The notes below the pieces were generated by a model. The model worked only from the letters and a program-made list of their open reading frames with translations. It was not told the DNA's origin and searched no databases. Source: Eledone cirrhosa (Eukaryota). Taken from it: a stretch of 64,000 nucleotides of DNA. Where the stretch lies: positions 204,972,001 through 205,036,000 of the forward strand of contig OZ024743.1 of NCBI GenBank assembly GCA_964016885.1. The letters are read 5' to 3'. Both the position numbers and the translations under genes were made by a program. Below are positions 1-11,500 of this stretch, one piece after another; position 1 is the stretch's first letter; each line of letters opens with the position of its first letter.

Positions 1-919
1 GGTTTTTTAAAGGACTATTATTATGGGTTTTTTATGTAATTTTATAATGGGATTTTCAGTAGGGTTTTTAATTGGATTTTTAATGGAGTTTATAATATGT
101 TTTTTAATTGGATTTTTAAAGAATTTATAATTGCGGTTTTAATATAGTGTTTAATGGAGTATTTAATTGGTTTTTAATGGTAATTTTAATGGAGTGTTTA
201 ATGTGTTTTTAATGGGGGAGGAGGGGGTAAAATGCAGTTTTTAATTGAGTTATCAATGGAGTTTTTAATGACATTTTTAATGACGTTTTAATAGCGTTTT
301 ATGACGTTTTAATGACGTTTTAATGGTTTTTTTATTGGGATTTGGGAGTTTTTATGAGCTTCTAATTAGGTTTTAAATGGGGTTTTCAATGAGGTTTTTA
401 GTGGAATTTTTAATGGGCCTTTAATGTATTTTTAATGGGATTTTAATGTTTTTTATGGCGTTTTTAATGGTATTTTAAATGCTGTTTTAATGTTTCTTTT
501 ATGGCCTTTTAATTGGGTTTTTGATTGAGTTTTTAATGGATTTTTTTAACGAGAATTATGAAGTTTAATGGGTTTCCAGTGTGTTTTAAATGAAGTTTTT
601 GATAATATTTTTAATGGAATTTTAATGGCGGTTATGGGATTTTAATGGGTTCTGGTGGTATTTTTGTGGATTTTAATGGGGTGTTAAATGGTTTTAATGT
701 TGTTTTACTTGCGCTTTCGATTACGTTTACAATTAAGTTTTTACTGTTTTTAATTGGATTTTTAATGGATTTTAATGTGGTTTTTAATGGAATTTTAATG
801 GTGTTTTAATATAGTTTTTAATGGGTTTCGGATGTAGCTTTTAATGGTGGTTTAGTGTGCTTTTTATTGGGTTTTTAATGAGTTTTTATGAGCTTTTCAA
901 TGGAGTTTTTAATGGTGTT

Positions 920-1087
920 TATATATATATATATACATACATACATATATATGTATATATATATATTTACACATATATATGTGTATATATATATGTGTAT
1001 ATATATATTTACACATATATATGTGTATATATATATTTACACATATATATGTGTATTAAATATATATATATATATATATACATATAT

Positions 1088-1171
<84 letters not shown>

Positions 1172-1267
1172 TATATATATATATATATATATTAAATATA
1201 TATATATATATATATATATTAAATATATATATATATATATATTAAATATATATATATATATATATAT

Positions 1268-1328
<61 letters not shown>

Positions 1329-1349
1329 TATATATATATATATATATAT
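920..1349. repeat. (TA)n microsatellite block punctuated by TTTACACATATATATGTG and TTAA; present in every unit
   Basis: Read directly: three TTTACACATATATATGTGTA motifs (four in unit 8), then 7-9 (TA)n runs separated by TTAA. Confidence 0.95.
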
Positions 1350-1550
1350 TCCACTTTCATGTTACACAATATATATAAACTGGGATTTATATTTTGCGTT
1401 AGTGCCATATTAAGCTGACAACGATATATTCGTATCTTAAAAAATATTTTTTTTAGATCACATTGTTCTAGATATTATTAAAATTATTAAATCTATTTTC
1501 AATTTGCACGAACACTTGCATATACTACATACATACATTTATATAGACAC

Positions 1551-1944
1551 TAACACAAATATTAGCATATACATAATTTCTTAGTCATTGAGGATGTGTT
1601 TTTATACATACATATGCATATTGCATACATACATACATACACACATACAAGCATATACATAGACATACACACACACATATATAAACACACTGTATATATA
1701 TATATACATACACACACACACACATATATATATACACACACACACTATATATATATATAGTGTGTGGTGTATATATATATATGTGTGTGTGTGTATGTAT
1801 ATATATACAGTGTGTGTATATATATGTGTGTGTATGTGTATGTATATGATTGTATGTGTGTATGTATGGATGCAATATGCATATGTATGTATAAAAAACA
1901 CATCCTCAATTACTAAGAAAATATGTATATGCTAATATTTGTGT

Positions 1945-1946
<2 letters not shown>
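1551..1946. repeat. ~396 bp near-perfect inverted repeat (foldback/MITE-like hairpin), unit 1 copy
   Basis: TAACACAAATATTAGCATATACATAATTTCTTAGTCATTGAGGATGTGTTTTTATACATACATATGCATATTGCAT... is the reverse complement of ...ATGCAATATGCATATGTATGTATAAAAAACACATCCTCAATTACTAAGAAAATATGTATATGCTAATATTTGTGTTA with few mismatches. The centre is CACTATATATATATATAGTG at ~1752. Other copies: 8031-8426, 14490-14885, 20659-21054, 26797-27192, 32918-33313, 48377-48772, 54620-55015, 61023-61416. Confidence 0.93.
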
Positions 1947-1976
<30 letters not shown>

Positions 1977-2039
1977 CGCACACACTATATATATATATAT
2001 ATATACATACACACTATATATATATATATACACACACAC

Positions 2040-2086
<47 letters not shown>

Positions 2087-2088
<2 letters not shown>

Positions 2089-2738
2089 AATCCCATTAAA
2101 AACCACATTAAAAATTCAATTAAAAATCTATTTTGAAAAACCCATTAAAAACCCCATTATAAGCTCATAAAACACTCCATTAAAACCCCAACCAAACCCC
2201 CCATTAAAACACAATTAAAACATCATTAAGAATGCCAATAAAAGCGCCATTAAAAACCACATTGGAAACCCATAAAAACCCAATTAAAACAAAATTAAAG
2301 TTTCCATTAAAAGTCCCCATTAAAACTCCATTAAAACCCCCATTAACCCCCCCCCCCCTCGAAAAGACATTAAAACCTCAAATTTAAACCGAAATAAAAA
2401 CTCAATAAAAACGCAATTAAAAACTCAATTAAAACACCATTAAAAACACAATTAAAAGCCCATTAAACCAATTAAAATTGCATTAACACACCACTAAGGT
2501 TCCATTGGAAAACCATTAAAAATGTCATTAAAAACTACACTGAAAACCCATTAAACCCCTATTAAAAGCGCACCCAAAACTTTATAAAAAACCAAATAAA
2601 AACCCCATTAAAATACCATTAAAACGGCATAAAACACCATTAAAACTACATTAAAACTCAATTAAAAATTCCATTTAAATCTCCATTATAAACTCAATTA
2701 AAACTCCATTAAAACTCAATTAAAAACTCCATTAAAAA
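2087..2738 (-). repeat. A-rich (inverted) orientation of the 10-11 bp periodic repeat (CCATTAAAA); a second block lies at ~3667-4128
   Basis: CCATTAAAA/CAATTAAAA repeats are the reverse complement of the T-rich repeat. Confidence 0.9.
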
Positions 2739-2849
2739 CACACACACATGAAGTTACATGCTGGCTTGCACACTTATAGCGATTGCTATTTCCTTTTAAT
2801 TTCATTAAAACTAGGATGTTTTAGAAAGATAAAAACAAAACTGAATAAT

Positions 2850-2981
2850 GAAGAGACTAGGGAGGGGTAAAGAAAGGCAGATCAGGCTGTAGAGGACAGT
2901 AGGGGGAGAAGAGGGAAGAGACTTGGGAGGGGTAAAGAAAGGCAGATCTGGCTGTAGAGGACAGTAGGGGGAGAAGAGGGA
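2850..2981 (+). repeat. Purine/G-rich 65 bp tandem dimer; present in every unit
   Basis: GAAGAGACTWGGGAGGGGTAAAGAAAGGCAGATCWGGCTGTAGAGGACAGTAGGGGGAGAAGAGG x2, starting at 2850 and 2915, with 2 differences between monomers. Other copies start near 9329, 15792, 21953, 28086, 34214, 49668, 55915 and 62343. Confidence 0.93.
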
Positions 2982-2985
2982 GAAA

Positions 2986-3666
2986 TAAACTAAATTATAA
3001 ACTAAGTTATAAACTAAATTATAAACTAAATTAAAAACTCAATAAAATAAAATAAAATAAAATAAAATAAAATAAAATAAAATAAAATAAAATAAAATAA
3101 AATAAAATAAAATAAAATAAAATAAAAAATAAAATAAAATAAAATAAAATAAAATAAAATAAAATAAAATAAAATAAAATAAAAAAAAATAAAATAAAAT
3201 AAAATAAAAAAAACTAAAAAATATAAATAAAATAAAATAAAATAAATAAAATAAAATAAAATAAAATAAAATAAATAAAAATAAAATAAAATAAAAAAAA
3301 ATAAAAAAAAATTAAATATAAAAAATAAATAAAATAAAATAAAATAAAATAAAATAAAATAAAATAAAATAAAATAAAATAAAATAAAGTAAAAAAAATA
3401 AAATAAAATAAAATAAAATAAAATAAAAAATAAAATAAAATAAAATAAAATAAAATAAAATAAAATAAAATAAAATAAAATAAAATAAAATAAAAAAAAT
3501 AAAATAAAATAAAATAAAAAAAAATAAAAAATATAAATAAAATAAAATAAAATAAATAAAATAAAATAAAATAAAATAAAATAAAATAAAATAAATAAAA
3601 ATAAAATAAAATAAAAAAAAATAAAAAAAAATTAAATATAAAAAATAAATAAAATAAAATAAAATA
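2986..3666 (+). repeat. (TAAACTAAATTA)x~4 followed by an (AAAAT)n pentanucleotide tract
   Basis: Read directly. The tract is ~600-625 bp in units 1, 2 and 8, and ~300-350 bp in units 3-7 and 9. Confidence 0.95.
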
Positions 3667-4134
3667 AGAACTCAATTAAAAACTCAGTAAAAACTCAATT
3701 AAAAACTCAATTAAAAACTCAATCGAAGCACCATTAAAACACCATTAAAAACTCCACTATAAACCCACTAAACCCATTAAAAACCAATTAAAAATTCAAT
3801 TACACATCCCATTAGAAATTTCATTAAAAACTCAATTAAAAGTTCCATTGAAAACACATTCAAAACCCATTAACCCCATATTAAAAGTTCATAAAACTCT
3901 ATTAAAAACCCAATAACAAACCAATTAAAACGCCATTAAAACGCCACAAAACACAATAAAATGTCATAAAAACGCCATTAAAACATCACAAAAAGCCCAA
4001 TTAAAAAACCATTAATAATGTCATTAAAAATTCCATAAAAATCCATTAAAAACTCCACTAAAAGCCCATTAAAAAGTTCATTAAAAGCCATATTATAAAT
4101 TTCATAAAAAACAATTGAAAACCCCATTATTTAT

Positions 4135-7100
4135 GAGCCTTTTTTATGAGTTTTTAATAGTGTTTTAATTCAGTTTTTAATTGCGTTTAAAATTGGGTTT
4201 TAATGGCTTTTTAATGGTGTTTTAATGGAATTTTAATGTGATTTTCGATGGTGTTTAATGGGTTTTTTATGGAGTTTTTAATTGGGTTTTCAATGGTGTT
4301 GTTTATGAGTTTTAAATGGGTTTTTAATGGAATTTTTGATTGCGTTTTTAATGAAATTTTTAATAGATTCAAGGATGTTTTAATGGAGTTTTTAATGGTC
4401 TTTTTAATGGCGTTTTAATTGTGTTTTTATGGTGTTTAAATGCGTTTTAATGATTTTTAATTGGGTTTTTAATGGAGTATTTTTAATGAGCTCTTAATGG
4501 ATTTTTCAATTGGATACTTAATGGGTTTTAATGGAATTTATAATAAGGGTTCTAATTGACTTTAAATATGATTTTTAATGGAGTTTTTAATGAAATTTCT
4601 AATGGTGTTTTTAATTGCGTTTCCCCCCGTGAGGGTTTTAATGGCATTTTAAATGACATTTTAATGAGTTTTTATGATGTTTTAATGGCGTTGTAATTGT
4701 TTTTTATTGGGTTTTTAATATAATTTTGTATGAGCTTTTAATGGGGGTTTTCAATGTTGTTTTTAATGGAGTGTTTAATGGAATTTTAATGGGGGTTTGA
4801 TAAAAAAAATTAATTGCTTTTTAATTTAATTTTTAATGCGTTTTTGATGGTGTTTAAGTGCGTTCATGATGATCTTTTCAATGGATTTTTAATGGGGTTT
4901 TAATTGACTTTTTAATGGTGTTTTCAATGTAATTTTTAATGATAGTTTAATGGTGTTTTAATGACGTTTTAATTGTGTTTTTTATGGTGTTTTAGTGACG
5001 TTTAAATATGATTTTTAATTGGTTTTTTAATTGAGTATTTATATGAGTTTTCACTGGTGTTTTTAATGGGTTTTTCAATATTGCATTTAATGAAATTTTT
5101 AATATGGTTTCAAATGGAATTTTTAATGTGTTTTTAATTGGGTTTCTAGTGACGTTTTTAATGGTACTTTAAATGACGTTTTAATGACTTTTATGGCGTT
5201 TTAATGGGTTTTTTAATTGGGTTTTTAATGTAGTTTTTTAAAAGATCTTTACTTGGGATTTTATGGGTTTTCAATGCGGTTTTTAATGGTATATAAATGG
5301 AGTTTTTGGTGTGGTTGTTAATGGTATTAGTGACATTTTAATGTGTTTTTAATGGTGTTTTAAGCGAGTTTCTGATTTAGTTTAAATTTAAATATTTGAT
5401 GGTCCTTCTAATGGGCTTTAATGGATGTGTAATGTGTTTAATGCAATTTTAATGGGGTTTAATGGGGGTAGTAGGTTTCAATGGGTTTTAATGGAGTTTT
5501 AATGGCTAGTGCTCTTTTTTTTTTAGAGTTTTTAATGGTGTTTTTAATGGTTTTTCATTGAGCTTTTAATTGCGTTTTTAATTGCGTTTTTAATCTAGTT
5601 TAAAAATTGAGTTTTAATGGGTTTTTCAATTAGGTTTTTAATGGATTTATAATGGTGTTTTTTACGGACCCTTTAATTTTTTATAATGGGTTTTCAATGC
5701 CGTTTTAATGGTGTTTTTTAATGGTATCCTTAATGACGCTTCGATAAGTTTCAATGTTATTTTAATGGGGTTTAGATTGATTTTTTAATGGAGTTTTTTT
5801 TAATGAACTTTTATTGGGGTTTTCAATCAGGTTTTTAACTGAATTTTTAATGTTTTTCAATTAGATTTTTTATGGAGTTTTTATGGGCTTTTTAATGAGT
5901 TTTTAATGGTGTGCTAATTGAGTTTTCAATTACCTTTTTAATTGAGTATAAAATCGAGTTTTTACTAAGTTTTTAATGAATTTTTAATGGAATTTTAATG
6001 GGGTTTCCAATGGACTTTTAATTGTGTTTTAATGGGGTTTTAAAATTGGTTTTTAGTTGCATTTTCAGGGGCTTTTAATGGGGCTTAATGGGGGTTTAAT
6101 GGGGGATTTAATTGAGTTTTTAATGGAGTTTAATAGAGTTTATAATGTAGGTTTTAATGGAGTTTTTAATGAAGTTTTAATGTAGTTTTTAATGAGGTTT
6201 TTAATGACGATTTTAATGGCGTTCTTAATGGCGTTTTAATGGTATTTTATGGCATTTTAATGACGGTTGTAATGGTTTTTAATGGAGTGTTAATTGGTTA
6301 TTAATTGTATTTTAATGGGTTTTATGAGCTTTTTAATGGACTTTTTAGTGGTGTTTTTAATGGAGTTTTTAATGGGTCTTTTAATGGAATTTGCAATGTA
6401 TTTTTTAATGGTGTTTTCAATTGTATTTTTAATGACGTTTTAATGGTGTTTTTTATGGCGTTTTAATAGGATTTTTAATTGGTTTTTTAAAGGACTATTA
6501 TTATGGGTTTTTTATGTAATTTTATAATGGGATTTTCAGTAGGGTTTTTAATTGGATTTTTAATGGAGTTTATAATATGTTTTTTAATTGGATTTTTAAA
6601 GAATTTATAATTGCGGTTTTAATATAGTGTTTAATGGAGTATTTAATTGGTTTTTAATGGTAATTTTAATGGAGTGTTTAATGTGTTTTTAATGGGGGAG
6701 GAGGGGGTAAAATGCAGTTTTTAATTGAGTTATCAATGGAGTTTTTAATGACATTTTTAATGACGTTTTAATAGCGTTTTATGACGTTTTAATGACGTTT
6801 TAATGGTTTTTTTATTGGGATTTGGGAGTTTTTATGAGCTTCTAATTAGGTTTTGAATGGGGTTTTCAATGAGGTTTTTAGTGGAATTTTTAATGGGCCT
6901 TTAATGTATTTTTAATGGGATTTTAATGTTTTTTATGGCGTTTTTAATGGTATTTTAAATGCTGTTTTAATGTTTCTTTTATGGCCTTTTAATTGGGTTT
7001 TTGATTGAGTTTTTAATGGATTTTTTTAACGAGAATTATGAAGTTTAATGGGTTTCCAGTGTGTTTTAAATGAAGTTTTTGATAATATTTTTAATGGAAT

Positions 7101-7399
7101 TTTAATGGCGGTTATGGGATTTTAATGGGTTCTGGTGGTATTTTTGTGGGTTTTAATGGGGTGTTAAATGGTTTTAATGTTGTTTTACTTGCGCTTTCGA
7201 TTACGTTTACAATTAAGTTTTTACTGTTTTTAATTGGATTTTTAATGGATTTTAATGTGGTTTTTAATGGAATTTTAATGGTGTTTTAATATAGTTTTTA
7301 ATGGGTTTCGGATGTAGCTTTTAATGGTGGTTTAGTGTGCTTTTTATTGGGTTTTTAATGAGTTTTTATGAGCTTTTCAATGGAGTTTTTAATGGTGTT
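4135..7399 (+). repeat. T-rich orientation of degenerate 10-11 bp periodic repeat (consensus about TTTT(T)AATGGNG); present in every unit
   Basis: Continuous TTTTAATGG/TTTTAATTG variants spaced about 10-11 bp over ~3.3 kb, running across the arbitrary unit boundary at 6481 (also 1-919). Confidence 0.9.
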
Positions 7400-7567
7400 T
7401 ATATATATATATATACATACATACATATATATGTATATATATATATTTACACATATATATGTGTATATATATATGTGTATATATATATTTACACATATAT
7501 ATGTGTATATATATATTTACACATATATATGTGTATTAAATATATATATATATATATATACATATAT

Positions 7568-7651
<84 letters not shown>

Positions 7652-7747
7652 TATATATATATATATATATATTAAATATATATATATATATATATATATT
7701 AAATATATATATATATATATATTAAATATATATATATATATATATAT

Positions 7748-7808
<61 letters not shown>

Positions 7809-8424
7809 TATATATATATATATATATATTCCACTTTCATGTTACACAATATATATAAACTGGGATTTATATTTTGCGTTAGTGCCATATTAAGCTGACA
7901 ACGATATATTCGTATCTTAAAAAATATTTTTTTTAGATCACATTGTTCTAGATATTATTAAAATTATTAAATCTATTTTCAATTTGCACGAACACTTGCA
8001 TATACTACATACATACATTTATATAGACACTAACACAAATATTAGCATATACATAATTTCTTAGTCATTGAGGATGTGTTTTTATACATACATATGCATA
8101 TTGCATACATACATACATACACACATACAAGCATATACATAGACATACACACACACATATATAAACACACTGTATATATATATATACATACACACACACA
8201 CACATATATATATACACACACACACTATATATATATATAGTGTGTGGTGTATATATATATATGTGTGTGTGTGTATGTATATATATACAGTGTGTGTATA
8301 TATATGTGTGTGTATGTGTATGTATATGATTGTATGTGTGTATGTATGGATGCAATATGCATATGTATGTATAAAAAACACATCCTCAATTACTAAGAAA
8401 ATATGTATATGCTAATATTTGTGT

Positions 8425-8456
<32 letters not shown>

Positions 8457-8519
8457 CGCACACACTATATATATATATATATATACATACACACTATATA
8501 TATATATATACACACACAC

Positions 8520-8568
<49 letters not shown>

Positions 8569-11500
8569 AATCCCATTAAAAACCACATTAAAAATTCAAT
8601 TAAAAATCTATTTTGAAAAACCCATTAAAAACCCCATTATAAGCTCATAAAACACTCCATTAAAACCCCAACCAAACCCCCCATTAAAACACAATTAAAA
8701 CATCATTAAGAATGCCAATAAAAGCGCCATTAAAAACCACATTGGAAACCCATAAAAACCCAATTAAAACAAAATTAAAGTTTCCATTAAAAGTCCCCAT
8801 TAAAACTCCATTAAAACCCCCATTAACCCCCCCCCCCTCGAAAAGACATTAAAACCTCAAATTTAAACCGAAATAAAAACTCAATAAAAACGCAATTAAA
8901 AACTCAATTAAAACACCATTAAAAACACAATTAAAAGCCCATTAAACCAATTAAAATTGCATTAACACACCACTAAGGTTCCATTGGAAAACCATTAAAA
9001 ATGTCATTAAAAACTACACTGAAAACCCATTAAACCCCCATTAAAAGCGCACCCAAAACTTTATAAAAAACCAAATAAAAACCCCATTAAAATACCATTA
9101 AAACGGCATAAAACACCATTAAAACTACATTAAAACTCAATTAAAAATTCCATTTAAATCTCCATTATAAACTCAATTAAAACTCCATTAAAACTCAATT
9201 AAAAACTCCATTAAAAACACACACACATGAAGTTACATGCTGGCTTGCACACTTATAGCGATTGCTATTTCCTTTTAATTTCATTAAAACTAGGATGTTT
9301 TAGAAAGATAAAAACAAAACTGAATAATGAAGAGACTAGGGAGGGGTAAAGAAAGGCAGATCAGGCTGTAGAGGACAGTAGGGGGAGAAGAGGGAAGAGA
9401 CTTGGGAGGGGTAAAGAAAGGCAGATCTGGCTGTAGAGGACAGTAGGGGGAGAAGAGGGAGAAATAAACTAAATTATAAACTAAGTTATAAACTAAATTA
9501 TAAACTAAATTAAAAACTCAATAAAATAAAATAAAATAAAATAAAATAAAATAAAATAAAATAAAATAAAATAAAATAAAATAAAATAAAATAAAATAAA
9601 ATAAAAAATAAAATAAAATAAAATAAAATAAAATAAAATAAAATAAAATAAAATAAAATAAAAAAAAATAAAATAAAATAAAATAAAAAAAACTAAAAAA
9701 TATAAATAAAATAAAATAAAATAAATAAAATAAAATAAAATAAAATAAAATAAATAAAAATAAAATAAAATAAAAAAAAATAAAAAAAAATTAAATATAA
9801 AAAATAAATAAAATAAAATAAAATAAAATAAAATAAAATAAAATAAAATAAAATAAAATAAAATAAAGTAAAAAAAATAAAATAAAATAAAATAAAATAA
9901 AATAAAAAATAAAATAAAATAAAATAAAATAAAATAAAATAAAATAAAATAAAATAAAATAAAATAAAATAAAAAAAATAAAATAAAATAAAATAAAAAA
10001 AAATAAAAAATATAAATAAAATAAAATAAAATAAATAAAATAAAATAAAATAAAATAAAATAAAATAAAATAAATAAAAATAAAATAAAATAAAAAAAAA
10101 TTAAATATAAAAAATAAATAAAATAAAATAAAATAAGAACTCAATTAAAAACTCAGTAAAAACTCAATTAAAAACTCAATTAAAAACTCAATCGAAGCAC
10201 CATTAAAACACCATTAAAAACTCCACTATAAACCCACTAAACCCATTAAAAACCAATTAAAAATTCAATTACACATCCCATTAGAAATTTCATTAAAAAC
10301 TCAATTAAAAGTTCCATTGAAAACACATTCAAAACCCATTAACCCCATATTAAAAGTTCATAAAACTCTATTAAAAACCCAATAACAAACCAATTAAAAC
10401 GCCATTAAAACGCCACAAAACACAATAAAATGTCATAAAAACGCCATTAAAACATCACAAAAAGCCCAATTAAAAAACCATTAATAATGTCATTAAAAAT
10501 TCCATAAAAATCCATTAAAAACTCCACTAAAAGCCCATTAAAAAGTTCATTAAAAGCCATATTATAAATTTCATAAAAAACAATTGAAAACCCCATTATT
10601 TATGAGCCTTTTTTATGAGTTTTTAATAGTGTTTTAATTCAGTTTTTAATTGCGTTTAAAATTGGGTTTTAATGGCTTTTTAATGGTGTTTTAATGGAAT
10701 TTTAATGTGATTTTCGATGGTGTTTAATGGGTTTTTTATGGAGTTTTTAATTGGGTTTTCAATGGTGTTGTTTATGAGTTTTAAATGGGTTTTTAATGGA
10801 ATTTTTGATTGCGTTTTTAATGAAATTTTTAATAGATTCAAGGATGTTTTAATGGAGTTTTTAATGGTCTTTTTAATGGCGTTTTAATTGTGTTTTTATG
10901 GTGTTTAAATGCGTTTTAATGATTTTTAATTGGGTTTTTAATGGAGTATTTTTAATGAGCTCTTAATGGATTTTTCAATTGGATACTTAATGGGTTTTAA
11001 TGGAATTTATAATAAGGGTTCTAATTGACTTTAAATATGATTTTTAATGGAGTTTTTAATGAAATTTCTAATGGTGTTTTTAATTGCGTTTCCCCCCGTG
11101 AGGGTTTTAATGGCATTTTAAATGACATTTTAATGAGTTTTTATGATGTTTTAATGGCGTTGTAATTGTTTTTTATTGGGTTTTTAATATAATTTTGTAT
11201 GAGCTTTTAATGGGGGTTTTCAATGTTGTTTTTAATGGAGTGTTTAATGGAATTTTAATGGGGGTTTGATAAAAAAAATTAATTGCTTTTTAATTTAATT
11301 TTTAATGCGTTTTTGATGGTGTTTAAGTGCGTTCATGATGATCTTTTCAATGGATTTTTAATGGGGTTTTAATTGACTTTTTAATGGTGTTTTCAATGTA
11401 ATTTTTAATGATAGTTTAATGGTGTTTTAATGACGTTTTAATTGTGTTTTTTATGGTGTTTTAGTGACGTTTAAATATGATTTTTAATTGGTTTTTTAAT

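Noticed and set aside
1-919. Telomeric repeat or CRISPR interpretation of TTTTAATGG periodicity
   Set aside because: Too degenerate for a telomerase product and found in both orientations; no constant repeat with unique spacers and no cas genes.
2841-2860. CTGAATAATGAAG as a hammerhead core in the satellite unit
   Set aside because: Not CUGANGA, and no matching GAAA or helices.
857-3675. YI/IY-, HT-, CV- and FYFIL-rich ORFs here and in every unit
   Set aside because: Translations of (TA)n, (CA)n, (TG)n and (TTTTA)n; their lengths and frames change between units.
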